From Azospirillum sp. 51_20 (GTDB lineage Bacteria; Pseudomonadota; Alphaproteobacteria; RF32; CAG-239): DNA of 64,000 nt. Location of the stretch: NCBI GenBank assembly GCA_001917175.1, contig MNTV01000018.1, forward strand, positions 53,907-117,906. The letters are read 5' to 3'. Positions 38,182 through 50,200 of this stretch are shown one piece after another. The translations under genes and the position numbers were made by a program. The notes under the pieces are model-generated. The model had not been told where the DNA came from. It made no database searches and saw nothing but the letters and a program-made list of their open reading frames with translations. Numbering within the stretch: the stretch's first letter is position 1; the number at the start of each line of letters is the position of its first letter.

Positions 38182-39062
38182 ACAAAATCATTGCCTTTCT
38201 TTCGGCTTTTTGCCTTTATGCCGGCAATTCCGCCGCACAATCGACCCCGCTCCTGCCGGGCAGCGAAGGAGCCTTGGGCGCATGCCGGGCGGACGAAAGA
38301 AAACAGACGAGCGAACTGTTCGGCATGAAAGTCGCCGTCGTTCAGACAATCTCTCCGCTTAAAAACGACGGCTGCCGGTTTGAATCCGTCGCCGAAAGCG
38401 ATCTGGGCGTCAATATCACCGTCTGCAACTTTACGGCGGAACAAATAAAAGAAATTGCCCGTGCCGAAAACGACGAAGAAAAAGAGATTTACGAAGAAAC
38501 CATTCCCCTTCGCATGACGGACGAAGACGGCAACCCGGCCGAAGGCGGACAGCTGACGGTCAGGGGCACGCGCAAAGAAATCGTCTGGAGCCGTTTTCTG
38601 AATGATGAAAACGTCTGCCGCAGCGAATTTAAGGAAAAAGACTCCGCACAAGATCTGGCGGCGGCCGTCGCCGACTGCAAAAAATTTGAAAAAAATCTGA
38701 ACTTATTCGGTTTTCGGCTCAATGTTAGCGTTAAACCCGGCAGCAAGGGCTGTCTCTACCGTTTCCGCTCCAAAACGCCCGGCATGACAAACGGCTTTGC
38801 CGGCGAAGAAAGCCGAACGCCGCCGCATGAAATTGAAATCAACTGCCGGTTTTCCCCCGAACAGCGACGGCAAGCGGCAGACTTTATCCGAAGCGGCGGG
38901 AGCAGCGAATACGAATTTCCCGTCGGCCGCGATTCAAAAGCGACGCTGCAAATCATGCTGCCGGCGGAATTTCTGCACGATCCGCAAATCTGCACCGTCA
39001 GCCGGCGGCCGGAATCCCGCACCGAACCGTCAGCCGCGGAGATCAAACAGCAAAAGGTTTGA
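38178..39062 (+). CDS. Secreted Cys-containing hypothetical protein
   Basis: Signal peptide MNKIIAFLSAFCLYAGNSAAQ. Its start overlaps the GT2 stop (ATGA). Confidence 0.55.
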   Translation: MNKIIAFLSAFCLYAGNSAAQSTPLLPGSEGALGACRADERKQTSELFGMKVAVVQTISPLKNDGCRFESVAESDLGVNITVCNFTAEQIKEIARAENDEEKEIYEETIPLRMTDEDGNPAEGGQLTVRGTRKEIVWSRFLNDENVCRSEFKEKDSAQDLAAAVADCKKFEKNLNLFGFRLNVSVKPGSKGCLYRFRSKTPGMTNGFAGEESRTPPHEIEINCRFSPEQRRQAADFIRSGGSSEYEFPVGRDSKATLQIMLPAEFLHDPQICTVSRRPESRTEPSAAEIKQQKV

Positions 39063-39737
39063 AACTTCGTCGAGCCCCCTGACGACAAGCGGACGTTCTT
39101 CTTCATAAACCGCCAGCCCGTCGCCGCCGACCAGCAGATTGCCGCTGACGTCGACCGATCCGGAAACAACCTGAATCCAGACCGCCCGTTTTTCGCCGAC
39201 CGAATATTCCAGTACGGCGCCGGCCGACAAACGGGTCTGAAAGATTTTTGCGTCCTGATAAATTTTCAACGACTCCTCCGCGCCGTCCGGCGATACGATC
39301 AGGCACCAGCGGTCTTTCATCTTTTCCGGCGCGAACTTCTGCTGCCGGTAAGAAGGTTCCAGTCCCTGCATATCAGGCATGATCCAGATTTGCAGAAAAT
39401 GAACGGATTCTTCCGCCGAAGGATTGAATTCGCTGTGATGAATGCCGGTACCGGCCGTCATCGCCTGCACTTCGCCGGGCGTGATGACGGAGCCGGATCC
39501 CAGACTGTCCTTGTGTTCCAGCCGGCCGGCAAAAACGACGCTGACAATTTCCATATTGTCGTGAGGATGAGTGCCGAACCCTCCGGAAGGCGCAACGACG
39601 TCGTCGTTAATCACTCTCAGGTCGCTGAACGCCATAAAACGCGGATCATAATACTGCCCGAAAGAAAAAGTATGGCGGCTGTCGAGCCAGTCGGTTTGAG
39701 TGCGGCCGCGCTTGTCGGCCTGACGCAGATAAAACAT
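39030..39737 (-). CDS. Pirin-family protein
   Basis: HPHDNMEIVSVV...E metal-binding motif of the pirin/cupin family. 235 aa. Confidence 0.8.
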   Translation of the reverse strand: MFYLRQADKRGRTQTDWLDSRHTFSFGQYYDPRFMAFSDLRVINDDVVAPSGGFGTHPHDNMEIVSVVFAGRLEHKDSLGSGSVITPGEVQAMTAGTGIHHSEFNPSAEESVHFLQIWIMPDMQGLEPSYRQQKFAPEKMKDRWCLIVSPDGAEESLKIYQDAKIFQTRLSAGAVLEYSVGEKRAVWIQVVSGSVDVSGNLLVGGDGLAVYEEERPLVVRGLDEVSNLLLFDLRG

Positions 39738-39870
39738 GTTCTTCTCCTTTTATTGTTTGTTTCCGCAAACCGATATGGGAACCGCCGCCTTGATTTTAAA
39801 TCTGTCTTTCGGATGATTTTAAACAGGAAAAGGGCGGCGGTTTGACCCGCTGCCCTTTTGCCCGAAAAGT

Positions 39871-40560
39871 TTAGTACAGCTCGTAGCTTTCGATCACGTT
39901 GCCCGTCGTGTCAAGATAATTGACCCGGCAGACGCCGTCATAAAAAATTTCCACCAGCCGGATACCCTGAGCGGTTGAAAGCTCCAGGTGGCTGTGACAA
40001 CCGGCATACAACTGCTGCCGCGACATCAGGCGCCCTCTGGTATCCCAGATGAAAAGCGTGTTGTTGTCGCGAATCAGCTGAACCTGATCATCCACGGTAA
40101 CGCCCATCATACAGTTGGTGCTGGTATAAAACACCGTGTTGCCGCAGGAAGTCGGATACCAGTAGAACGGGCTGTTGTTCATATAGCGGTAAGGCCAGAA
40201 CGGCATGCCCGGACGGCCGACAACCCAGCGGTTGGGCGCATGACTGTCAAAATAACCGTAGTATCGTTCCGTGCAATACGGAGCGAAAATACGGTCGGCA
40301 ATGACAATTCCGCGCAGAATTTCGCTTGCCACATATGCCGCTTTGGCGACTTTGCTCGGACGCGGACGATGATATCCTCTGCCTTTTCTCGGTTCCCAGC
40401 GGCGTTCAACACCGTGACGGCCGGAAGACCAGGAATAGGAATAAGGATCGGCATAACCGCGGGCCGGCAAATGGTGCTCTCCGTAATATCCCTGAGCGGA
40501 CACCACGGTCGATACTGACATAGCTGCTACGCACAGTACCAAAACAAATAATCTCTTCAT
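39871..40560 (-). CDS. Secreted hypothetical protein, rich in Tyr, Trp, Arg and Pro
   Basis: Signal peptide MKRLFVLVLCVAAMSVSTVVSA. 229 aa. Confidence 0.5.
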   Translation of the reverse strand: MKRLFVLVLCVAAMSVSTVVSAQGYYGEHHLPARGYADPYSYSWSSGRHGVERRWEPRKGRGYHRPRPSKVAKAAYVASEILRGIVIADRIFAPYCTERYYGYFDSHAPNRWVVGRPGMPFWPYRYMNNSPFYWYPTSCGNTVFYTSTNCMMGVTVDDQVQLIRDNNTLFIWDTRGRLMSRQQLYAGCHSHLELSTAQGIRLVEIFYDGVCRVNYLDTTGNVIESYELY

Positions 40561-40628
40561 AATATACAGTGTTATAATTTTCTTACCGGCAATTATAACA
40601 CGGACAAAAATATTTGTCTATCAGAGAT

Positions 40629-43469
40629 TTAATTTGTCAAAACATAGCCGTCGTCATCAAATGTCAAAGCCTTGTCCGGTTTGATTTCCCGGCCGGCAAA
40701 GGAATCGGACTTCAACACCCCGTCCCGGTACGACACGCCGGGCAGCAGGCTGCCGCAGGTTCCCGGCCGGTTGTAAAGCGGGGTGTTAAAGCTGACGACG
40801 GCGCCGGCCGCCGGCAAAATCAGCCCCGACAGAATCCGCACGCCGAACTTTTTTACCCACAGTTCAAAAGTTTTTTCCGTAAGGGAAGAATCGGACAAGG
40901 CATAGCGCAGAGAAAAGAAATCGTACTGGTGCGCCGCTTCGCCGCAGCCGGCAAAAAGCGCTTCGTCGCCGAACATGACCGTTGCTTCGGCATCATAGCA
41001 AATCTCCGCGATCTGCCGGTACTGCGCCGGATGCAGACAGAAAACGAGCCGGCTGCCGGAAAAAAGCGGCAGCAGCACGGCCGGCACAAGTCCGATTACG
41101 GTTGACAGCGGCCGGGCCACGGCAACCTTGTCTTTGGCGTTAAAAGGCAGCACCGTTCCGAGCTGGCTGCAACCGGCAAGAAGGTTGCGATGGGTAAGCG
41201 TCACATTGCCGGGCAGAACCACCGCCGGGTCGTTTGCCCCGACCCGGGGAATCCGGCGACGGATACAACAGCCCAAGCCGCGGATCCGGTCAAGGACAGA
41301 AAGGCGGATATCAGCTATCGGCGGCAGACACGGCAGGCTGCCGGAACGGTCTTCCTCTTCAAGCATAACCGCGGTTTTACCGGCGGCAAGAACGGCAAAA
41401 AGCGAAACCAGCCCGTCAATACCCGCCGGGTTAAGCAGCCCGATGCGGTCGGCCGCCGGCCAGCTGCGGCGGACAAAAGCGGCCAAAATGCAACTTTCCC
41501 GCAACAGACGGCCGAAGGTGAGCGGTCGTTTGCCCGGTTCGATTGCGGCAATATGCCGGCGGCCGTGAGTTTTGGCGGCAAAAACAAGCGCCTCAGACAG
41601 ACCGGCCCGGCTTTCCGTCGTCTTGTACATCATTTCCGCCATCAGGTTGTACAGGCGGCGGGCAATTTTATGACGCGCCTCCCGGTTGCCGGCAGATACG
41701 GCCGGAAAACGGCAGGGCTCCAGGATATTCAGGGTAATTTTCGGAAACCAGCGGGTGGGAAACTTGTCTTTCAGGTAAGAAAATTTGGAATATTGGGCGC
41801 CGTTGATCCGTACCGGCAGGATTTTGGCGCCGGCTTTGGCGGCAATCACGCCCGCCCCTTCGTAAACCTTCATCATCGCGCCGGTGGTGGTAACCCGCCC
41901 TTCGGGAAAAATCATCACTTTGCGACCTTTTTTAATTTCTTCCGCCAGCGAGCGGACCGACAGCGGATTGGCCGGATCGACCGGATAAAAATCGACCAGC
42001 AGGCGGATGACGGGAATAAACCATTTCTGCGTCCAGCCGGTGTTGATGGCAAAAGTGATCCGTTCGGGCATAAAAGCCGCCAGCAAAACGCCGTCAAGAA
42101 GCGAAACATGGTTGGAAACAATCAGCACTTTCGAACCGGCGCGCTTAAAGTTGGCAATGCCGCCGACTTTGGAGCGAAACAGAAAACCGAGCAGGCTTTG
42201 CACCAGCGAGCGGGTCAGCGCATCCGGCAGCAGCGCGCAGATATACACGGAAACCGCGGCACAGGCCAACGCCGCCGCCAGAAAAAGCTGCGGCAGGGTA
42301 AAGCCGAGGGAAAGAAAAACGACCGCAAAAACCGCCGACAGCACCATGCCCAGCGCATTGAAGATGTTGTTGCCGGCAATGACGGTGGCCACATAGGCCT
42401 TCGGCGCGCGGCTCTGCATAAAGGCGTTGAGCGGAATGACATACATGCCGCCCCAGAAAGCCAGCGCGAACAGGTTAAAGCTCAGACCGAAGGCATGCGG
42501 CCGAGAAAAAAATTCGGCAAAGGAAACTTTTTCCGCCGGGGTCGGATAACCGTCGGCAAACCAATACAGCAAAAACAGGCTGACGCCCATGCCGACGGCC
42601 GAAAGCGGCACGTAAGTCGTATGGACGAAGCCTTTCAGAAGCCGGTTGCAGCAATAGGAACCGGCCGCCACGCCGACCGAAAACAGCACCAGAAAAAAGG
42701 TGATGACGCCTTCCCCGGCATTGAGTATTTTGCCGCACAGCGGATAGACCTGCACCGCCACCAGCGCACCGACGGTCCAAAACCAGGTGGCGCCGAGAAC
42801 GCTCATGAAAACCTGCCGGTGTTTAAGCAGAAAGCGGAAATTTTCCAGCGCGGAGGCAAACAGGTTGGCAGAAACCTTCAGTTCCGGCCGCGGAGAAGGC
42901 GCCGGAGGAATCTGCCGGGCGGACAGCCAGCCGACGGCCGCCAGCAGAATCAGCAGCCCGATCGTTACCTCAATCGGCAGCAGGGTGCCGAGAATCAGCC
43001 CCAGCAAAATCGCCATATAGGTGGTGCTTTCGATATAGGCGTTGCCGGCGATCAGTTCTTCGGGTTTCAGGTGCTGCGGCAAAAGGGCGTATTTGACCGG
43101 CCCGAAAAAGGCCGACTGTGCACCCATCAGAGTCATAATCACGATCAGAAGCGGCAGGCTGTGCCGGTAATAAGCCAAAGCCACCCCGAGCATCAGCAGC
43201 AGTTCGGTTATTTTCAGCACGCGGGCGATTTTGTCGCGCGGATATTTGTCCGCCAGCTGCCCGGCCATGGCAGAAAAAAGGAAAAACGGCAGAATGAAAA
43301 GGCCCGCGATCAGGTTGGAAAGAATGTCCGACTGCGCCGTCATCTTCACGGTTACCAGCGTCAGCAGGGCATTTTTGAACAGGTTGTCATTCAAGGCACC
43401 CAGAAACTGGGTAATCATCAGGGGCAGGAAACGTTTGGTTTTCAGCAGCATAAGTTTTTCCTCAGTCAA
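40629..43469 (-). CDS. Fusion protein made of an MFS lysophospholipid transporter (LplT-like), a 1-acyl-glycerol-3-phosphate-type acyltransferase domain (HxxxxD), and an AMP-binding acyl-ACP-synthetase-like domain (Aas-like). The C-terminus appears truncated.
   Basis: The first ~440 aa have 12 TM helices. Then SNHVSLLDG (acyltransferase motif), then LTHRNLL...TEKTFELW and the end DDDGYVLTN*. The usual ~120 aa downstream of the D.G motif are missing. Confidence 0.7.
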   Translation of the reverse strand: MTEEKLMLLKTKRFLPLMITQFLGALNDNLFKNALLTLVTVKMTAQSDILSNLIAGLFILPFFLFSAMAGQLADKYPRDKIARVLKITELLLMLGVALAYYRHSLPLLIVIMTLMGAQSAFFGPVKYALLPQHLKPEELIAGNAYIESTTYMAILLGLILGTLLPIEVTIGLLILLAAVGWLSARQIPPAPSPRPELKVSANLFASALENFRFLLKHRQVFMSVLGATWFWTVGALVAVQVYPLCGKILNAGEGVITFFLVLFSVGVAAGSYCCNRLLKGFVHTTYVPLSAVGMGVSLFLLYWFADGYPTPAEKVSFAEFFSRPHAFGLSFNLFALAFWGGMYVIPLNAFMQSRAPKAYVATVIAGNNIFNALGMVLSAVFAVVFLSLGFTLPQLFLAAALACAAVSVYICALLPDALTRSLVQSLLGFLFRSKVGGIANFKRAGSKVLIVSNHVSLLDGVLLAAFMPERITFAINTGWTQKWFIPVIRLLVDFYPVDPANPLSVRSLAEEIKKGRKVMIFPEGRVTTTGAMMKVYEGAGVIAAKAGAKILPVRINGAQYSKFSYLKDKFPTRWFPKITLNILEPCRFPAVSAGNREARHKIARRLYNLMAEMMYKTTESRAGLSEALVFAAKTHGRRHIAAIEPGKRPLTFGRLLRESCILAAFVRRSWPAADRIGLLNPAGIDGLVSLFAVLAAGKTAVMLEEEDRSGSLPCLPPIADIRLSVLDRIRGLGCCIRRRIPRVGANDPAVVLPGNVTLTHRNLLAGCSQLGTVLPFNAKDKVAVARPLSTVIGLVPAVLLPLFSGSRLVFCLHPAQYRQIAEICYDAEATVMFGDEALFAGCGEAAHQYDFFSLRYALSDSSLTEKTFELWVKKFGVRILSGLILPAAGAVVSFNTPLYNRPGTCGSLLPGVSYRDGVLKSDSFAGREIKPDKALTFDDDGYVLTN

Positions 43470-43729
43470 ATATCCAAAACTAAAGCATGAAGCCCGGGCA
43501 CTGTCAAGAAATTAAAATAAAGGCAAATAACGGTTGCTATTTATAAAAATGCGTGTATCCTTAAAAACTGCGTTAGATTTTAAGGCCGCGGCGACGCGGC
43601 GTCCCGAATTAGATTTTTCTTTTAATGTCATAAACCGTCAAAAGATTTTTCTATACGTCAGGAAAATCTTTGCGACCCCGTGTCCAATTCCGGACAAGGG
43701 CAATTTGTTTTAAGAAAAGGAAAATCAAA

Positions 43730-43933
43730 ATGACCAAAGGTATCGTAAAATGGTTCAACACCCGCAAGGGTTACGGCTTCATTCAGCCGGAAGACGGCTC
43801 GAAAGATATTTTCGTTCACATCAGCGCGCTGGAAAGGGCCGGCCTGAACAATTTGCGGGAAAATCAGAAAATCGCTTTTGAAGCGGTTGAAAGCAAAGGC
43901 AAAATTTCCGCCGAAAACCTCAGCCTGCTGTAA
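43730..43933 (+). CDS. Cold-shock protein (CspA family)
   Basis: Begins [30 protein letters not shown] and has RNP1/RNP2 motifs. 67 aa. The track ORF is extended upstream to 43670. Confidence 0.85.
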   Translation: MTKGIVKWFNTRKGYGFIQPEDGSKDIFVHISALERAGLNNLRENQKIAFEAVESKGKISAENLSLL

Positions 43934-43976
43934 ACGAAAAAAGGCCCCGCGTCCGACGCGAGGGCTTTCCGATACA

Positions 43977-44004
43977 AGGAACCCCGGAATTTTCCGGGGT
44001 TTCT
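43977..44004. terminator. Bidirectional rho-independent terminator between csp and the 3' end of tpsA
   Basis: AACCCCGGAATTTTCCGGGGTT hairpin. Confidence 0.55.
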
Positions 44005-44221
44005 TATATATATGGTTTGGACGTTTGCTGAAATCGACGGACGCCGACCGGCCTGCCCCGCCGTTGCGAAGCCCGAAACCGGGCAAACGTCGTTTGCAAC
44101 GACCAATACCGCTTGCGCCGGCTTGCGGAAGCTTATCGTCCGTTTGCACAAAACGGCTTCGAAAATGCCGGAACCGTTTTTTTGTTTGCGATACGGCGCT
44201 TTTTTTTGCAAACCGCGAAGC

Positions 44222-47200
44222 TTAAAAGCCAACCGAAAGCTTTTCCTCTTCTCCCGTCAGGCTGCCGATGTTCATGAACAGCCCGTCGCCCGTTTGCAGC
44301 TTGTAACGGTCAAGCAGCGGCGCCCGCATGATTTCGATCGGATTTTCCGACGGATATTCGGTATAAGGCGGATTCATCATCCGCGCTTCCAGATCGGAAA
44401 TGCCCAGCCAGATGTTGTAGAAGTCCGTATGCTCGCGGACATACAGCTCAAATCCGCCGACCGCCGTTACCCGGGCAATGTTGGCATGGCCGGAAGGCAG
44501 GCCGATCATCACCTTGCCCGACTGCAGGTTGTAAACGTAGTCGGAAACCAGGCCATCCCCCAGCTTGTTAACGGCAATTCCCGTTTCCGCCTTGAGGTTG
44601 ATTTTGCCGCGGCCGTTGTCGTTTAAGGCCAAAACCAGCCGGTTGTCAGGCATGCCGATGCTGCCGTTCGTATGCAGCGTAATGTTGTCCGCCTTAAAGT
44701 TCGGCACTTCGGGATCCATGCCCGGCGCCGCCATGATCGAACTTTCCACCCGCATGTCAATGTCGCCGTTTGAGGCAAACCGGCGGACGTTCATATCGCC
44801 GTTGACCTCGCTGATGAAAATTCCCTTTTCCGCCAACGCGCTGATCCAGCCCGGTTCGGTATAAGAGGAATCAACCGTCAGATAATTGCCGGAGGTACCG
44901 ATGCTGCCGTTTTTCGCCGTCAGGTCGACGGTGTTGGCAATGATCGCCCCTTCCGCCGGCGCGCCGGCATTCAGGACGGAACCGCCGGCCGTAACCGTTA
45001 CCCGGCCGTTGGCGGCTTTGACCGAACCGCGCAGGTTGGCGTCGGCATTTTCAACCGTCAGGGCAATATTTCCCTTTTCCGACGTCAAACGGCCGAAAAT
45101 GTTGTCACTGTTGACGGCAATCCGCATGTCACCGCCGGAAACAACCTCGTCCAAGTCTGCCGAATCGGCGGCAATGCTGACTTTTTCGCCGGCATTTATG
45201 TTGCCGGCCGTCAGGTTGCCGGCCGCGTCAATTTTCATATCGCCGCCGGAACCGATCAACTCGGCAACCATGTCTCCCAGGCGTGATACCAGGGTTACGC
45301 TTCCTTCGGCCGTCGCACCGCTCACGTCAAGATCGTTTTCCGCCGTCATCAGCAAATCGCCGCCGGCACGGAGATTATTCGCGAAAAGGCTGCCGGCGCC
45401 GTTGACTTTGACGCTGCCGCCGGCGGTTGCGTCGTTTAAGGTCAGGTCGGCGGCGGAGGTTATTTCAATCTCCCGGCCGGCGTTGACGCCTTCAAAAACG
45501 GCCGAACGGACATTGTTCAGATAAATGCTGCCGTCGGCGGAAGCCGTCAGCCGTTCCGTCGACACATTCAGATAACGTCCGGCCGCGCCGATGTCGCCGC
45601 CGACGCCGTTAAACTCAAGGGCCGCCGCGGACAACAGACTGTCGGCCGTCGCGCCGATAAGCGAAGAAGCAGACTTCAGACGGAGGGTTCCGCCGACCGC
45701 CGACGATTCAACCGCCAGTTCCTGCGCGCCGAGGTTGTTGACATTGGCATCACCGGCAACATTTAACGTCAGCGTATGTTCTTCGTTTTCCTTGTCGCCC
45801 AAAGCGACGGTCAGATAATTGTCCTCATCGCCGACGTTTTCGGCATTGACGACAATGCTCTGTCCCTGCAGATTGACAATCTCGCCCTCTTTCAGCGTGC
45901 CGGCAATCAGGCTGCCGTCAGCCGTCAGGCTGAGAACGCCGTCTTTGGCCAGCAGACTTTCCGCCACCAGATCGCCGCCGGTCGAGTTAAGGAAAATGTC
46001 GTTTTGGCTGCGGGCCGTTACTTTGGCGCCGTCGGCCAGCTTGAGGTTCAGCGCCTTATCCTCGGTGCCGATGCTGCCGTCGGCCGCTTCCAGGACAAGA
46101 TCGCCGCCGATAACGTTGGCATGATCGGCCTCGGTCGCCACGTTGTAAATACCCTTGGCGCCGGCAATGGTAATCTTCTGCCCTTCGCCCGCCTCGACCG
46201 TATTGACGTTGATGTCTTCTTCGCCGCCGAGATAAATGTAGTCCCTGGCCTTTAACGTGATACTGTCGGCGTGGATGTCAACGTCCTCGCGTTTGTGTAC
46301 GGTCACCGTGTCGCCGTCTTCGGCAATTTCCAGATTGTCCCGTTCGGCCGAAGCGATCAGCAGTATCTTGTCAACGTCCGTTTCCAGCGAAAGCTCGGAA
46401 AGTTTGAAAGTTTCGCTGCCGGTATCCTGCCCGATCGAACCGTTGGCTTCAATGGTTACGTTTTTGCCGACCACGTTCGGATCCTCAATCATATACTGGG
46501 TATCGACCACTTCGCCTTCTTTGGCCTTGAAGATGCTGTAGGCCAGCTGGCTCTTGTTCCAGCCCGCGCCTTCCGCCAGTTCGGCCTCCTCGGCCTCGCT
46601 TAACCGGTATGTCCAGCCGGCGTCATAGCTCGAACCGTATTTGCCCTCGTCGCCGTAAACGGCGGCCAGCTTTTTGTATTCGGCCGTCTTTTCGGCTTCC
46701 AGCCGATTGATATATTCGTCGGTAATCTTATCCATGCCGAGAGCCTGTTTTTCGCTTTCGTTCAGCTCCTTGTTCAGCAGCGCTTCCCGCTCGGCGGCGG
46801 TAAACCTGAATTCCGGCTCTCCGCCTTCCGGCTGGCGCGACTTATACTGCCAGTAGGCATTATATTCCGCTTTCTTGCCGTTGAGGAACGCTTCCTTCAT
46901 CTGTTCGTTGCCGACGTCAAGCCCCATGTCGTCCCAGATTTTGGTCAGCTGCTCGACCGTCTTGTCGTCGTAGACTTCGTTGGTGTTGGCGTCAAACACG
47001 CTGCCGTTTTCAACCTTGACGTTGACGTCGCCGGCTAAGGAAACCACGCTTTCAAGACCGAGGTCGCCTTCTTCCTGAACGAGGTTGACATTGTTGTTGG
47101 CCAAAACCGTCAGAGCGCTGTCTTCATCGCCGGAAGTCTGAATTTTAAGCGCCGTGTCATCGGTGCCGATTGAGCCGGTCTGCGCCGTCAGACTGATTTT

Positions 47201-50200
47201 CCCGCCGCTGATCAGCGAATCCGCCGAAGCGCCGAAGATGCTGCCGGCAGCGTTGACCGAGGTGTTGCCGCCGTTGTTGACAATGCTGTTGAAAACAAAG
47301 TCGCTGCCGGCCGACTTCAGATTGACGTCACCCGACACCTTGTTGACGACGTTCAGGTTGCCGCCGGCAACGTCAACCGCCAGCGCGGTGCCGTTGCTGC
47401 CGATGCCGTTGTTGGCCGTCAGGTTAAGGCCGTCGCCCAAAATCCGCGCATAATCGGAACCGACCTTGATTGCCCCTTCGGTGGTGATGTTGGTGGTGCC
47501 GCTCCGGTTGTTAATGACGCCGTTCAACGTAATGTCGGATTTGGAGACGATGTCCGCCAGCGCGCTGTCATAACCCTTGAACGAAATTTTGATGTCATAG
47601 TCGGCTTTGACGCTGTGGGTGTTGATGTGGGTTTCCCCTTTCTGATAAATGTCGGTCGTCTTGTATTTGTCGACCGAGAAAATCCACCAGCCCTCGCTCC
47701 ACTCTTCCACATTATGGTAAATCAGCTTGTCTTCGCTCGATACGTAAGAATCTTTCTCATATTCGTACTTGTTGCCGGAACTGCTGATTTCGATGCGTTC
47801 GCCGTCTTCCATCTTAACCGGGTCGCCGACCGGCGTCGGCCCGGTGACGGTTACGCCCTCGCCGGTATCGGGAACCAGCCAGTCCATGCCCCAGAAAGAA
47901 TCGCCTTCGTAGGTCTTGGTGGTCTCGCTGACGGTTTTTTGTCCGGTCTGCCAGACATAACGCTGATTTTCCAGCGGCGAATAAGCGGTACTTGACTTGC
48001 CGTTTTCATCCTGCACGGCATTAATGTCTTTACTGCCGCCGTTGTTGTCGGCCACCGTGATCGTGTTGCCGTTGCGGGTATAAGTGGTTTGCAGATACTC
48101 GCCCGCAGCGTTCTTTTTTGCCAGGTCGGTGATCTTGATCACGCCGGAAATGCGGTTGGACAGACTCATGTTATTGACCACGATTTCCCTGCCCGACCGG
48201 TTGTTGATGTTAACCCGCCCGTAACCGTCGGTTACCATAATTTCGCCGGAATTCTGCGAGGTGTTGAGAATATGCCCGTAAATTTCGACGTAACCGCCTT
48301 CGACCCGCACGTCGGCCAGCTCGATCTGTCCGGTGACGGCGTTGTAATAGGCGTCAACATTGCCGTATTTGTCGGACAGTTTATAAAGCGGCGACGCGTT
48401 GTAATTATACTGTTTGTTGCGATTGTAGTCGGCCAACGCGGTTTCCGAAGTCAGTCCGCCCGCCAGCTGAATTTCCCCGTCGGGGATGTCCAGATTATAA
48501 TCGGTGGTGCCGCTTTGTACCAGACCGTTCAGGTTGATATAACGGCCGCTCAGGAAAATGTTGTTGCCGGCAACCAGCGACGAACGGCTGTCGTCAATGT
48601 CCGCGTTGGACGAAGCAGTGGCCGAACCGTCGGTCAGGTGGCCGCTTTCATTGCCCGAGGCTATAGCGTCCCAGGCGGCTTCCGGACTGCCGCCGATATG
48701 ACGGAAACCGTTGGTATAGCCCTGATAAATGTCGCGGCCGGCGGTGATATTCAGGTCTTTGCCGTGAATGGTGCCGTTGACGTAAATGCTGCCTGCGGCG
48801 TTGTTCACTTTAACCAGACCGCCGTAGTTGGTGACGGTGCCGTCAATGTCAATGTTCGGCGCACGGCCGTCATTGGCCGCAATGTCTGAAGTAATGGTCA
48901 CGGTCGGGCTTTCCATCGTCTTTTCGGCAATATGGACTTTCAGCGAACCGATGTCGCCGGTAACCGCCGCGCCGTTAAGCTTAACGGTGCCGCCGCTGCC
49001 TTCGGGAATGGTAATGTCCGAAACGCGGAGGAAAGAAGAGCTCTTGTTTTCGATCGTCACCGCCGCGTCGCTGGTAACCGACATTAAACCCGTCCCTTCC
49101 ATCGATTGGGTATTGAGGCTGATGGCACCGGGCTGGGCGTAGATGTCGCCCAGGGTTATATAGTTAACGGTAGTGTTAACGGTGCCGCCGTTTTCGCTGT
49201 AAAGCCCCATCAGCGTCAGCTTGGCCTGCAGGGCGGCGATTTCCGCGTCATAATAGGCCACGGCGTCTTTGTCTTCGATATATTCCGCCCGCAGATTTTT
49301 CATCCGGTTGATTTCATCAATGATATTGCTGTAAAGCTTCTCGCCGGTCTTTTTATGATAAAGCTGATCATCGTCATAGAAAGTTTCTTCGCCGATGGTT
49401 ACCTTAACCCGGCCGTTTTCGTCAATTATAAATTTCTGAATGTTGTTGACGCCGGCTTCCGCAGTGCCGTTAACGACGATCCGCGAATTGTTGTCGACCG
49501 TTCCGTTGAAAGATTTGTCTTCCAGCGAAAGCAGCTCGTTATACGGGTTTTTGGCCGAAGAAAAGCCGTCGGCAACCGCAATTCCCATGTTCGAGGTCAG
49601 ATTGATGTCGCGGCCGCTTTTTACAACCGCGCCGGAATCGATATTGATCAGGTTGTTCATGACAATCGTTGCTTCAACTTCCGGATCGGAGAACGGCAGC
49701 GCGGTGTTGTTCCACAGATAAACGCGGGAATGCAGCGTATTGTTGCCGCTGTAGTCTTCATAAGCCTGGCCGGCGTAAACGTGAAGGTCGCCGTAGGACA
49801 TGGTACGGGAACCGTCGGCAAAGTTGACCGAATTGTCGGACGTCGTCCGCACCGTCGAGCTGCCCATCGCCACTCCGGAGGCGCCATAAGTGTTGACGTA
49901 AACTTCCGAATTGAGGTTGGCATTCGAGTTGGCCGTCAAGATCAGGTCGTCGATCGAGGCAATGCTGCCTTTTAAGTTGACCGCGGCTTTGTTTTTGCGG
50001 TTGTCGATCGAAGAAACGGTATCGGCAATCGCCAGCACGCCGCCGCTGACCAGTTTGGCCTTGTCGGTCGCCTTCACATCATTTAAGGCGGAAACGGCAA
50101 ACTGATAGTCTTTTTCCTTTTCCTTGCGGGCAACATTGCGCGAGAACACCGTGTCTGCGCCGAAATCAACCGTCGCTTCGTTGTCAATTACGGTTTTGCT

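Noticed and set aside
41190-43490. 766-aa ORF on the plus strand, antisense to the LplT/Aas fusion gene
   Set aside because: Its composition is extremely Arg/Gly/Gln/His-rich and low-complexity, as expected for the antisense frame of a GC-rich membrane-protein gene. It has no motifs and fully overlaps a well-supported gene.
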